Source of the DNA: Bacteroidales bacterium
Lineage (GTDB): Bacteria; Bacteroidota; Bacteroidia; Bacteroidales; UBA7960
Length of the DNA: 58,700 nt
Reading direction: 5' to 3'
Assembly (NCBI GenBank): GCA_019429055.1
Contig: JAHYJP010000002.1
Coordinates: 1 to 58,700, forward strand
A model generated the notes under the pieces. The model was not told the origin of the DNA and made no database searches. It saw nothing but the letters and a program-made list of their open reading frames with translations. The position numbers were made by a program, and so were the translations under genes. Shown one piece after another: positions 1 to 9,670 of this stretch (the stretch's first letter is position 1; each line of letters starts with the position of its first letter).

Positions 1-3
1 TTT

Positions 4-81
4 GGTGGCGGGGTGACCTAAAGTCGCCCCGTCACATTCAGAGGTTCGAGCGACGGGGCCACTCCAAAGTGACCCCGCCGC
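4..81. repeat. Pair of inverted REP-like GC-rich palindromes (REPIN/BIME-like)
   Basis: GGTGGCGGGGTGACCTAAAGTCGCCCCGTCAC and GCGACGGGGCCACTCCAAAGTGACCCCGCCGC are each imperfect hairpins and near reverse complements of each other. Confidence 0.7.
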
Positions 82-153
82 AATAGCAAAACAAATCCCA
101 CCACAAAACAACAAAAACTGTGAAAATTCATACAATTATTCCCATTTTCCTGT

Positions 154-161
154 TAAATTTG
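154..161 (+). promoter_or_regulatory. Bacteroidota sigma70 -7 element
   Basis: TAAATTTG matches TAnnTTTG, about 48 bp upstream of the cysteine synthase ATG. Confidence 0.5.
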
Positions 162-208
162 GACCGGGGAAAACAAAAACATATTTATCTATAACCATTC
201 GTTATTAT

Positions 209-1312
209 ATGGAGGCAAGACTAAAATTTATCAAATCATTGCAGGGGATGGTGGGCAATACACCATTGTTGGAGATATCGTTTACTTATAAAGGGGAATC
301 CCGAAGAATTTTTGCAAAAGCAGAAAATTTAAATTTTACGGGCAGTATAAAGGACCGGATGGCTTACCATATACTATCCAATGCATTAATACGTGGTGAA
401 CTCAGGCCGGGTATGGATGTTTACGAATCTACCAGCGGCAATACGGGTATTTCCATAGCAGCCATTGGGCGGGCATTGGGTCATAAAGTTCATATTTTTA
501 TGCCCGACTGGATGAGCGATGAACGAAAAAATATTATCAGAACACTTGGATCTGAAATCCGGCTTGTAAGCAAGGATGAAGGGGGTTTTTTGGGAAGTAT
601 TGAGCTTGCCGTTAAGGCAGCTGAGGAAACCAATGGTTTTCTCCCCAGGCAGTTCAGCAATAACGATAATTGCGATGCCCATTACAAAACAACAGGCCCC
701 GAAATATGGTGGCAGTTGAAATTCCGTAACATTATTCCCGATGCATTTGTTGCCGGTGTGGGCACAGGGGGAACCATAATGGGAGTCGGGAGATTCCTGA
801 AAGAGCATAATCCTGATATTAAAGTTTTTCCGCTTGAACCTTCAAATTCGCCCACCCTTTCAACAGGATATAAAGTGGGAAGACACCGTATTCAGGGAAT
901 TTCCGATGAGTTTATTCCATCCATCTGCGAACTGAAAAAACTGGATGAGGTAATTGGGGTGGATGATGGCGATGCCATTATCATGGCCCAGAAACTTTCG
1001 GCAGAACTGGGACTGGGTGTAGGAATTTCTTCCGGGGCAAACTTTTTAGGTGCCCTGATTGCCCAGGAAAAACTGGGCAAGGATTCGGTGGTCGCTACCG
1101 TTTTTTCTGATGACAATAAAAAATACCTTTCAACCGACCTTCTCAGAAATGAACCTGTAAAGGATGGGTTCTTTTCATCCGACATTACTTTAAATAATTT
1201 CATGTCATATAAACGGGTTTGCATGACATGCTGCGATCCGGTTATGTGTGCGGAATATGGTATCCCGAAGACGGAATATAATCTGCCTGTTTGTATCCGC
1301 CGGGAGATGTAA
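209..1312 (+). CDS. cysK: PLP-dependent cysteine synthase family protein (CysK/CysM-like) with Cys-rich C-terminal tail
   Basis: VGNTPL, N-x-TGSIKDR (PLP Lys), [21 protein letters not shown] and GISSGAN motifs. Confidence 0.85.
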   Translation: MEARLKFIKSLQGMVGNTPLLEISFTYKGESRRIFAKAENLNFTGSIKDRMAYHILSNALIRGELRPGMDVYESTSGNTGISIAAIGRALGHKVHIFMPDWMSDERKNIIRTLGSEIRLVSKDEGGFLGSIELAVKAAEETNGFLPRQFSNNDNCDAHYKTTGPEIWWQLKFRNIIPDAFVAGVGTGGTIMGVGRFLKEHNPDIKVFPLEPSNSPTLSTGYKVGRHRIQGISDEFIPSICELKKLDEVIGVDDGDAIIMAQKLSAELGLGVGISSGANFLGALIAQEKLGKDSVVATVFSDDNKKYLSTDLLRNEPVKDGFFSSDITLNNFMSYKRVCMTCCDPVMCAEYGIPKTEYNLPVCIRREM

Positions 1313-1373
1313 GGTCCTGGGCAAGCAGTATAAGTTGGTTATTTATCAGAGTCCGAAATTAGATCCTTTTGAA

Positions 1374-2129
1374 ATGAAAAAACTATTTAACAGTTTGATT
1401 CTTTTAACTGTAATGCCGGTTTTTGCTTTGTTTGTTTTGAGTTGCAGTAAAAACGATATGGATTTTGATTACGGTAAGATGGAAGATATCGATGGCAACA
1501 CCTATAAAACTATTCAAATAGGGCAACAGGTGTGGATGGCCGAAAATCTGAAAACTACAACCTATCGTGATGGCACTCCCATTCCATACGGGCATCTGGA
1601 TTCAGGAACAACTGAGGCTGAGAATGAAGAAGCCGGATTTTATTTCATTTATCCCCATCATAAAGTTGATGGGATCAGTTCAGAAAGTGAAATGATTTCC
1701 GCTTACGGTATACACTACAACTGGCATGCTGTTGTTAATCCCGGTGGTTTATGTCCGCAGGGCTGGCGGGTTCCTGCTACTCATGATGTTGAGCAATTGC
1801 TTGCTTACGTGCTTTCAAAAGACAATGAAAAGCCGGGCGATCAGCTGAAATCCTGCCGTTATGTAGATTCACCACTAAAAGGTTCATGCGCAACAACAAA
1901 GCATCCGCAATTTAGATATAATAATGGTTTCGGTGCTCCGCACCTTATGGGTTTTTTGGGTGCATCAAACCTACAAAGGTTGTGGGGCTCTGCCCCTGAA
2001 AAGATTTCGTTACACTGCACCTACATTGGCTTCGGTGCAATGTTTTGTAGCAGCTGCACAATTATTAAATTGATTAACCGAAGGAATATGTATACAAGGC
2101 GCTGGATAACATGGTGGGTGATTTTTTGA
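1374..2129 (+). pseudogene. FISUMP (Fibrobacter succinogenes major paralogous) domain lipoprotein, apparently truncated near 1925
   Basis: Start at 1374 (MKKLFN...LSC lipobox); D-IDGNTYKTIQIGQQVWMAENL, YG..YNW.AV and LCPQGWRVP motifs. After HPQFRYNN the frame runs into palindromic repeat DNA and lacks the usual GF.ALPGG / WSS / SVRC C-terminal motifs. Confidence 0.65.
1921..2050. repeat. REP-like palindrome cluster
   Basis: Hairpins GGTGCTCCGCACC (1932-1944) and GGGGCTCTGCCCC (1984-1996) sit in degenerate direct repeats 52 bp apart; CTACAAA (1971) and TTTGTAG (2044) are inverted. Confidence 0.55.
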
Positions 2130-2301
2130 ATCAAAGAGAGATTTTTGATCCGGAAAAAGTCAGGGAGAACTACATTCTCTTTCAAATGCACATTGGTGAC
2201 CTCTGGGGGCAAGGGAAGGCAATGAAAAGAGAGTATGAATTTGCATTGGAGCAGTAAACCCATTCGTCATAGCGAATCTGGTTGAACATACCACTAAAAC
2301 C

Positions 2302-3465
2302 CTACTTCCGCGGCGCCACAAACTGCTTCATCCCTGCCATCATAAAAGGTATGACAGGTACGCTGTTACGTATTTTGAATTCCTCCCAGAAGGTGCTTTC
2401 ATTGGTCAGAAAAGCAAGTATCCTTTCGGGATCTACTTTGCCAAACAGGCCGGAAAAGATCTGTTCGCCGGTCAATTTGCCTGAAAGAAGCACTTCCAGC
2501 AGGGTCATATCGTACCAGTAAAACATTCTTTCTCGTAATGAGGGTTTGATGACAGGAGATTGTCCGTTTTTTAACCGCTCAGCAACCTGCAAAAGATGTT
2601 TCTGCACAAACTGAAAGGTATAACCGCTGCTGGGCTTGGTAAAACCACCCGCTGTTCCAATATTGATGATCCGGTTGCCTGGACCCAGGTATCTTTTGAA
2701 GCGGGCCATGGTCATGGGTATTACGCCAAATTCGCTGTGGGTGATTTCATAATCGTCTATTTTCAATTCATCCTGAATATATTTTTTCAGTTCCCTGATA
2801 TATTCTTCTTCCTTCAGGGTTTTTTCGCTGAAGAGCGTATATTCTACCAATGCATCGTTTGGGCTGGTGGGGAGTACATACATGAATGTGGCCCCATACT
2901 GCTGGTTCAATCTGAAATCCATCAAAGTACCCACGTTACTGTCAAAAACAGGTGCTGGGGTTTTGATATACCAACCCATAAAGTGCTGAAGCAGGGTGTT
3001 TGTTTCATCCATCTTCGGATGAAATAAACCTGTGGAATTAAAGACATATTCTGATGTAAAAACGCCAGTCTCTGTCTTTACTTCTGCTGTCTGGCCATTG
3101 TCATTGATCTCCAGGATCTTTTCATTGCTGAAGACCACATTGTCAAACTGTTCAGCCAGTTCCAGCAAATGAGCATAAAAATCGCCCGACTGGATCATTT
3201 TATAACGGTAATGTTTCAACTCAAATTCCCGGGAAACATCATGGGAATAAAACTGAAGGGTTTTCCACTGATGACGGACCAGATGTTCAAAAGGCCCCTG
3301 TTCCTTTTCCCAGAAACACCAGGTGCGGTCATTGTCCTTCTTTTTTGCAGGGTCAATAATCAGGATGTTTTTGTTTTTTAAATGGTCATCCCTGAGCAAA
3401 TGGTACAACAAACTCAAACCTGCCAGTCCGGAACCTGCAATGATGTAATCAAAATCTTTTTTCAT
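2302..3465 (-). CDS. crtY: Lycopene cyclase family FAD-dependent protein
   Basis: N-terminal DYIIAGSGLAGL dinucleotide motif, NDRTWCFW, LQHFMGW, LMDFR, FMYVLP, E-x-GVIPM and GTAGG..KPSSGY, typical of Bacteroidota CrtY. Confidence 0.85.
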   Translation of the reverse strand: MKKDFDYIIAGSGLAGLSLLYHLLRDDHLKNKNILIIDPAKKKDNDRTWCFWEKEQGPFEHLVRHQWKTLQFYSHDVSREFELKHYRYKMIQSGDFYAHLLELAEQFDNVVFSNEKILEINDNGQTAEVKTETGVFTSEYVFNSTGLFHPKMDETNTLLQHFMGWYIKTPAPVFDSNVGTLMDFRLNQQYGATFMYVLPTSPNDALVEYTLFSEKTLKEEEYIRELKKYIQDELKIDDYEITHSEFGVIPMTMARFKRYLGPGNRIINIGTAGGFTKPSSGYTFQFVQKHLLQVAERLKNGQSPVIKPSLRERMFYWYDMTLLEVLLSGKLTGEQIFSGLFGKVDPERILAFLTNESTFWEEFKIRNSVPVIPFMMAGMKQFVAPRK

Positions 3466-3592
3466 CTGTTTATAATTTGATTAATTCGGTCAGATGGAGC
3501 TCGCCAACAATAAACATAATAAGTGTATTTCTTTAATGCGAATTTGAAATCATCCAAGTGTGTGTTAAAATAATTCTCATGGCTCGGTTCAT
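3458..3592 (-). repeat. Dispersed ~136-bp structured element, copy A (candidate ncRNA or mobile-element leader)
   Basis: Minus-strand blocks ATGAACCGAGCCATGA, ACACACAC, GGATGATT, TATTGTTGGCGAGCTCCATCTGACCGAATTAA and AAATTATAAACAGATGAAAAA are identical to 13331-13467; the final ATG is the crtY start. Confidence 0.9.
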
Positions 3593-3843
3593 GTATTTTC
3601 CCGGGTTTTTCAGCTGCCTGTTTCAGATAATTTCTTAACCGGTTAGAACTAAGTAATTATTATACCGGCAGATTGTAAAATAATTGCAAGTAAGAAGTTA
3701 AAAACAATGAATTTGTTCGAAGAACAGTTGATAAAAATAATAAATTGTCTATTTGATGTAAGCCGGTAAGGCCATTTTTGGCTGGATTGATTATAACATC
3801 CCGGGTAAGAGAACTGATTTCATTTCTTTCGCTGCGAAATCTT

Positions 3844-3873
3844 TCATTTCATACCCCCATTTCATCACTTCAT
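3844..3873 (+). promoter_or_regulatory. Putative LytTR binding direct repeat upstream of the RND operon
   Basis: TCATTTCAT (3844-3852) - 12 bp - TCACTTCAT (3865-3873): 9-bp repeat with 21-bp period, the geometry known for LytTR sites; a LytTR regulator is encoded downstream. Confidence 0.5.
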
Positions 3874-3951
3874 GCAGATTTCTTTAGCGAAACCTGGTGC
3901 ACACATATAATTTTATCGCTTAACATAAATTATTCTCATGAAGCGGAAGTT

Positions 3952-5022
3952 ATGAAACCAATCATTAACCTTTGTATTTTTATATTGACAGTGGCTCTCC
4001 TGGCGGGTTGTGACAACAACCGCCGCAATTCGGAGCAGATTGTAAGAAAAGTAAAAGTTGAAACCGTACAACTGGCCGATACAGTTCGTGTAAAAACCTT
4101 TTCGGGCAGGGTGCGTGAAGCTGCCGAGGTAAATATTTCGTTCAGGGTTGCAGGACCCATTGCAAACATAGCTGTTAAGGAAGGTGATTACGTGCGTGCA
4201 GGTCAGCTTGTGGCCCAGATGGATACACGTGATTATGATGTACAACTGCAGGTGGCCGAGGCCCAATATGAGCAGGTAAAGGCCGAAGCCGAACGGGTAA
4301 TTGAACTGCACAGGCGTCAGAGCGTTTCTTCCGGCGACTACGAAAAGGCTGTGGCAGGATTAAGGATGGTGGAATCGCAGCTCAAGCATGCCCGCAACCA
4401 GCTGAATGATACCCGGCTTACCGCACCTGTATCAGGTTACATCCAGAAAATCAATTTCAGACCCAAGGAACTTATTGATGCAGGAATGCCACTGGGTACA
4501 CTCCTGGATGTTAGTGAATTCCAGGTGGAAGCTAATATACCGGCTTCCCTGTTACTCAACCGTGATTATATTACTGATATCTCAGGCATTATTCCCGTTG
4601 CAGGAGAAGAAACAATTCCGCTCATACTGCTCAGTATAAGCCCAAGGGCAGGACAGAACCAACTTTACAGGATGCTGATGGGTATGGATATGAAAGCTCA
4701 GAAACGATTGGCAGCGGGCATGGATATAAAAATTCATATTACTCTCCGGCAAAACGAAGAACCGTGTGTTTGTGTTCCCCTGAGTGCACTTTTCAATCGT
4801 GACGGTAAAACGTGTGTTTGGGTTTATGATGCGGATAAACAACTGGTAAACCTGCGTGAAGTTACCACCGACCGGCTTATCGGCAATGGCAGAATTCTCA
4901 TTACCCATGGCTTGCAGCAAGGTGAACAGGTGGTGGTAGCCGGGGTGAGTCTGCTTACCGACCAGGAAAAGGTAGAACCCATGGAGCCCCTATCGGAAAC
5001 CAATGTGGGAGGACTTTTGTGA
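3952..5022 (+). CDS. RND efflux periplasmic adaptor (membrane fusion lipoprotein)
   Basis: Start re-placed at 3952 (MKPII...LLAGC lipobox); ISFRVAG.I....V.EGD.V..GQ lipoyl half-motif, LTAPVSG, VPLSAL, GL..GEQVVVAG. Confidence 0.92.
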   Translation: MKPIINLCIFILTVALLAGCDNNRRNSEQIVRKVKVETVQLADTVRVKTFSGRVREAAEVNISFRVAGPIANIAVKEGDYVRAGQLVAQMDTRDYDVQLQVAEAQYEQVKAEAERVIELHRRQSVSSGDYEKAVAGLRMVESQLKHARNQLNDTRLTAPVSGYIQKINFRPKELIDAGMPLGTLLDVSEFQVEANIPASLLLNRDYITDISGIIPVAGEETIPLILLSISPRAGQNQLYRMLMGMDMKAQKRLAAGMDIKIHITLRQNEEPCVCVPLSALFNRDGKTCVWVYDADKQLVNLREVTTDRLIGNGRILITHGLQQGEQVVVAGVSLLTDQEKVEPMEPLSETNVGGLL

Positions 5023-8000
5023 TGAACATTACTGAGCTTACCTTCCGGCGGAAGGCTTTCATGTACTTCCTTTTGTTCAGTATGGTGGTGGGAGGTATTC
5101 TGGCTTTCCGATCCATCAGTAAACTTGAAGATCCTGAACTTGTAGTTATGCAGAGCCAGATTGTAACGGTTTGGCCCGGTGCCACAGCCCATGAGGTGGA
5201 AATGCAGGTAACCAATGTTATTGAAGAGGGTTTAAGCACTCTTGCCAATGTGGAATCCATTCGCTCCAAATCGGTGGCCAATGTATCGGTGCTCATTGTA
5301 ACTCTTGAGCTTACCGTGCCGCAGGATGAAATAGAACAACGTTGGGATTTTTTACGAAGGCGTATGGGCGAAGTGGAAGAGCGCCTGCCGGCAGGTGCCA
5401 TGAAGCCCATGATTTATGACGATTTTGGTGATGTGTATGGGATGTTTTACGCCATGACTGCCGACGGGTATTCCTATCGCGAAATGAGCCATATGGCCCG
5501 CTACATAAAACGCGAAATGCTTGCTGTGCCCGGTGTAGCAAGAGTTGAGATTTTTGGTGAACAGGAACCGGTAACTGAAATCGTGTTTACTCCTTCGGGT
5601 ATGGCTGAAATGGGAGTGTTTCCGCTGCAAATAATATCAACCCTGAATGATGAAACAGCAGTCGTTTACCCGGGTGTCCTGCACACCGGTTCACAGATGC
5701 TTAACCTGAATCTTGGAGGAAAGGTCGGAAGCAGTGATGATGTTGCCAATCTGATGATTAAAGGCCTGGATGGCATCCTGTTCAAGTTATCTGACATTGC
5801 AGAAGTTCGTGAGACTTATCAGGAACCGGCACGCAACAATCTGCATGTAAATAACAAAAATGCCATAGCTATTTCTCTATCCATGGAATCGGGTGAAAAC
5901 ATCATTGAAGTGGGCAGGCGTGTGGAAAGAAGGCTGGAGGAGCTAAAGGAAAACATTCCTGCAGGCTATGAGTTTGAGAAAGTGTTTTTCCAGCCCGAGC
6001 TTGTAAAGTCAGCCATTGATGGGTTTATGTGGAACCTGACAGCTTCTGTGATTATTGTCATAATTGTGCTTATGCTTTCCATGGGATGGCGCAGCGGTTT
6101 CATTATCGGAGCAGGATTGCTTTTCACCATTCTTGCAACGTTTCCCATTTTGCTGGCTGCAGGTGGCACTTTGCAGCGTATTTCGCTGGGTGCCTTTATC
6201 GTGGCTATGGGTATGCTGGTCGACAATGCCATTGTGGTGATTGATGGTATCCTTGTAGATCATAAAAAGGGTATCAAACGACCACAGGCATTGGTTGACC
6301 CGGCACGACGCACTGCCTGGCCACTTGCCGGTGCTACTTTTATTGCCGTGGCAGCTTTTTTGCCTGTTTTCTTATCAGAAGATGCCGCCGGTACCTATGC
6401 TCGTGACCTGTTTGTGGTACTTTGTATTTCGCTGTTCATCAGCTGGGGTCTGGCCATGACGCAGGTGCCGCTGTTTGCCGGTAAGCTGCTGAAAAACATC
6501 AGGCCTGCACAATCGGAAAAGGAACTTTTTGCGAGCTGGGGTTTCAGGAAATTCAAAAAACTGCTTTGCAAACTTCTCCATTATAAAACAGCCACCCTGG
6601 TGGTGTCGGCTTTTTTGCTCCTGTTGGCAGCTCTTAATTTCACCAATATCAAAAGCACCTTCTTCCCCGATTTTAATTACAACCAGGCTTATATAGAGTA
6701 CCGCCTGCCTGCTGGAAGCAGTCCGCAGAAGGTAAACCAGGATTTACATTCCATAACCGAATATCTGCTTACGCTTAATGAAGTGGAGATGGTAGTATCG
6801 AGCCACGGGCAAACTCCGTCGCGCTATTGCCTGGTAAGGCCCATGGGTGATGCAGCCGACAGTTATGGCGAACTCATTGTAAATTTTACCGACTATGAAA
6901 CCATGATGCACATGCGGCCCATCTTGTCGCAATACCTGCACGACAACTATCCTGATGCCCGCACACGCATCCGTAAATACAATCTGTCTATAAAATCATC
7001 ACATACCGTTGAAGTGGAGTTTTCGGGTCCCGACCCGGCTTTACTGCGTGATCTGGCAGCTCAGGCAAAGGAAATCTTCAGAAGAAATCCCTATGTTGAC
7101 CAGTATACGCTTGAGGATGACTGGGAGCCCATGGGGCAGGCCCTTACGGCTCATTATATGCAGCAGGCTGCACGCAGGGCCGGTACGTCGCGGCAGGATG
7201 TCGCAAATGCATTGCTGGCAGCTACCGACGGCCTACCCATTGGTGAATATTTCGAAGGACAAACACGCGTGGGCATTTCGCTCAAGATACGCAACAGCGA
7301 CGGTTCGCGCCTGGAAAATCCTGAAAATATACCCGTTTGGAGCATGCTTCCCGATATTTCCAGCATTAATGAACGATCGCTGCAGGAATTGCTCATGGGT
7401 ATTAAGTCCATGGATGATATCACACGTGAAATTGCCAGTCCGGTGCCGTTGAGTGCTGTAACCAAAGGTATTGAACTCGACTGGCATGAGCATGTGGTAA
7501 GAAGAGTAAACGGTCGCCGGGCCATACAGGTGCAATGTGAACCCAAAGACGGTTACAGTCCGGCACAAACCCGGCGTGCCAGTCTCAGAGAAATTGAAGC
7601 CATAGAGCTACCTGCAGGATACACTGCGGTGTGGGTGGGAGAGCATGAACTTCAGAATGAAGCTTTAACCAATATTTTCAGGTACCTGCCCATTTCCATA
7701 CTTTTAATCATACTCACACTGATTTTGTTATTCAACGATTTCCGAAAACCTATCATTGTGTTGAGTTGCATTCCCATGGCATTTATTGGCATTGTGCCCG
7801 GAATGATACTGGCAGGCCAGCCATTTACCTTTATGGCCATTATCGGGTCTTTCGGTTTGATGGGTATGATTGTGAAGAATGCCATAGTACTGCTCAACGA
7901 AGCTGAAACTCTTATTTCCGGTGGTTTGGCCAAACATCTGGCGTTGGTCAATGCTACAATTTCACGTACTCGTCCGGTGCTGCTGGCATCTTTTACAACC

Positions 8001-8168
8001 ATACTGGGTATGCTGCCCCTTCTCACCGACCCCATGTATGCAAGCATGGCGGTTGCCATCATAAGCGGTTTACTTGTGGGTACGCTTATCACACTGGTGT
8101 TTGTTCCCATTTTGTATGCCGCATTTTATGGTGTGAAGCCTTCCGAAATCAATCAAATCAAATCGTAA
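5019..8168 (+). CDS. RND efflux permease, AcrB/AcrD/AcrF family
   Basis: 1049 aa, multiple TM segments, KLEDP, GMLVDNAIVV, GMIVKNAIVL, SRTRPVLLAS; overlaps the adaptor stop. Confidence 0.95.
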   Translation: MMNITELTFRRKAFMYFLLFSMVVGGILAFRSISKLEDPELVVMQSQIVTVWPGATAHEVEMQVTNVIEEGLSTLANVESIRSKSVANVSVLIVTLELTVPQDEIEQRWDFLRRRMGEVEERLPAGAMKPMIYDDFGDVYGMFYAMTADGYSYREMSHMARYIKREMLAVPGVARVEIFGEQEPVTEIVFTPSGMAEMGVFPLQIISTLNDETAVVYPGVLHTGSQMLNLNLGGKVGSSDDVANLMIKGLDGILFKLSDIAEVRETYQEPARNNLHVNNKNAIAISLSMESGENIIEVGRRVERRLEELKENIPAGYEFEKVFFQPELVKSAIDGFMWNLTASVIIVIIVLMLSMGWRSGFIIGAGLLFTILATFPILLAAGGTLQRISLGAFIVAMGMLVDNAIVVIDGILVDHKKGIKRPQALVDPARRTAWPLAGATFIAVAAFLPVFLSEDAAGTYARDLFVVLCISLFISWGLAMTQVPLFAGKLLKNIRPAQSEKELFASWGFRKFKKLLCKLLHYKTATLVVSAFLLLLAALNFTNIKSTFFPDFNYNQAYIEYRLPAGSSPQKVNQDLHSITEYLLTLNEVEMVVSSHGQTPSRYCLVRPMGDAADSYGELIVNFTDYETMMHMRPILSQYLHDNYPDARTRIRKYNLSIKSSHTVEVEFSGPDPALLRDLAAQAKEIFRRNPYVDQYTLEDDWEPMGQALTAHYMQQAARRAGTSRQDVANALLAATDGLPIGEYFEGQTRVGISLKIRNSDGSRLENPENIPVWSMLPDISSINERSLQELLMGIKSMDDITREIASPVPLSAVTKGIELDWHEHVVRRVNGRRAIQVQCEPKDGYSPAQTRRASLREIEAIELPAGYTAVWVGEHELQNEALTNIFRYLPISILLIILTLILLFNDFRKPIIVLSCIPMAFIGIVPGMILAGQPFTFMAIIGSFGLMGMIVKNAIVLLNEAETLISGGLAKHLALVNATISRTRPVLLASFTTILGMLPLLTDPMYASMAVAIISGLLVGTLITLVFVPILYAAFYGVKPSEINQIKS

Positions 8169-8175
8169 TTTCATT

Positions 8176-9588
8176 ATGAAGAAGATTATAACAACAACCT
8201 TTCTGCTTTTCGTTTTTCTTGCTTTAAAAGCTCCGGCGCAGGAAGTGTTAACCCTTGAAAGAAGCCGGCAAATGGCCCTGAATCACAACGAAGACCTGAG
8301 AATAGCCCGCATGCAGATTGACAAGGCACAGGAAGAACGCGCTGCAGCACGCACCTTTCGTCTTCCGGCATTTTCAGTATCCGGCACCGGAATATACCAG
8401 GACCAGGATTTTGACATGGAACTGATTTTGCCTACACAGGTGCCTGATCCTGCCACCGGCGAACTTGTTCCCAACTTCATGCTGCATCCTGTAACAGGCG
8501 AGCCCGTAATTGGTCCTGACGGAAATCCGGTGTTCAACATGTATGGCTGGTTACCGCTGGAAGTAAGTCTGAATGGGGCATACATTGTGGGTTTGAATAT
8601 GGAACAACCCCTTTATACCGGAGGAAAGATCAATGCAGGTAACAGGATGGCAGATATTGGTCTGAATATGGCCCATGATAATCTGAGCCTGCAGCGTATG
8701 AATACCATACTTGCTACCGATCACGCCTACTGGACCTTTATCTCAGTTACCGAACAGGTGAAACTCGCAGAACAGGCTGTGGAGATGCTTGAAGAATTTG
8801 TGCAACTGGCCCGTAACAGCTATGAAGTAGGTCTTACCAGTCGAAATGACCTGCTGAAAGCACAGGTGGAGTACAACAATGCAAAGCTCAATCTGCAGAA
8901 AGCCAGAAACGGCCTTGAGCTCAGTCGCATGCAACTTTGCAGGGTTACCGGATTGCCCTTTGATATGCAGATTATTGCTGCTGACACGCTTATTGATACG
9001 AGCCAACCTGTCACGGATGCCCTTGAAAAAATCAACCTTCACCAACGGCCCGATTACCGGTTGCTGGAGCATAATATCAGAATGAGCGAACAGAACATAA
9101 GAATGGCCAGAGCTGAATTTCTGCCTGCAGCAGGCTTTCAGGCAGGGTACACCCACATTGGTGGTGTGGAATTCAGCGGCACAGAATTTTCCAATACAAG
9201 CCTGAATGTAATAGGTTCGGTAAAAATTCCTTTATTTCATTGGGGTCAGGGGGTAAGGAAGATCAGGTCGGCGCGCATTGATATGGAAATGAGAGAGATT
9301 GAACTGGAGAAAAACAGGCAGTTAATGCAATTGGAAGCCGAACAGGCCCGTCTGAATCTGTTACTGGCCTGGGAGCGAATCCAAATGAATGAAAATGCAC
9401 TGGAACAGGCCAAAGAAAACCTTCGCATGAGCCGCGACAATTATGAAGTGGGTGCCGAAACCATAACCGACCTGCTTATGGCACAAACCCAGTGGCAACA
9501 GGCTTACAGCGAACTTATCAGTGCCAGAACTGGCTTCAGGATCACGGAATCAGAATGGCTCAAAGCCACAGGTAAACTGGTGGAATAA
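8176..9588 (+). CDS. TolC family outer membrane efflux protein
   Basis: Signal peptide, LTLE....AL..N, QPLYTGG, YEVG.....DLL repeated twice; follows the RND permease. Confidence 0.92.
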   Translation: MKKIITTTFLLFVFLALKAPAQEVLTLERSRQMALNHNEDLRIARMQIDKAQEERAAARTFRLPAFSVSGTGIYQDQDFDMELILPTQVPDPATGELVPNFMLHPVTGEPVIGPDGNPVFNMYGWLPLEVSLNGAYIVGLNMEQPLYTGGKINAGNRMADIGLNMAHDNLSLQRMNTILATDHAYWTFISVTEQVKLAEQAVEMLEEFVQLARNSYEVGLTSRNDLLKAQVEYNNAKLNLQKARNGLELSRMQLCRVTGLPFDMQIIAADTLIDTSQPVTDALEKINLHQRPDYRLLEHNIRMSEQNIRMARAEFLPAAGFQAGYTHIGGVEFSGTEFSNTSLNVIGSVKIPLFHWGQGVRKIRSARIDMEMREIELEKNRQLMQLEAEQARLNLLLAWERIQMNENALEQAKENLRMSRDNYEVGAETITDLLMAQTQWQQAYSELISARTGFRITESEWLKATGKLVE

Positions 9589-9670
9589 ACCTGTTGTTTT
9601 AATCTTCAAACGGTTTTAGTATTGTATTGAAAATCATTTAATTTTGAATCATGAATGAATTTGCGCAGAT

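Noticed and set aside
1374-2129. FISUMP gene as a diversity-generating retroelement target
   Set aside because: No reverse transcriptase and no template/variable repeat pair differing at adenines in the window
3676-3685. TAAAATAATT matching variable segment 1 of copy A, as a possible guide target
   Set aside because: 10-nt all-AT match in an AT-rich region, with no equivalent match near copy B; compatible with chance
3778-3951. Upstream alternative-start extensions in the ORF track (also 1248, 37877, 39287, 41637, 42263, 50120)
   Set aside because: Downstream ATGs give proper signal peptides or family N-termini, and the extensions overlap promoter or operator motifs
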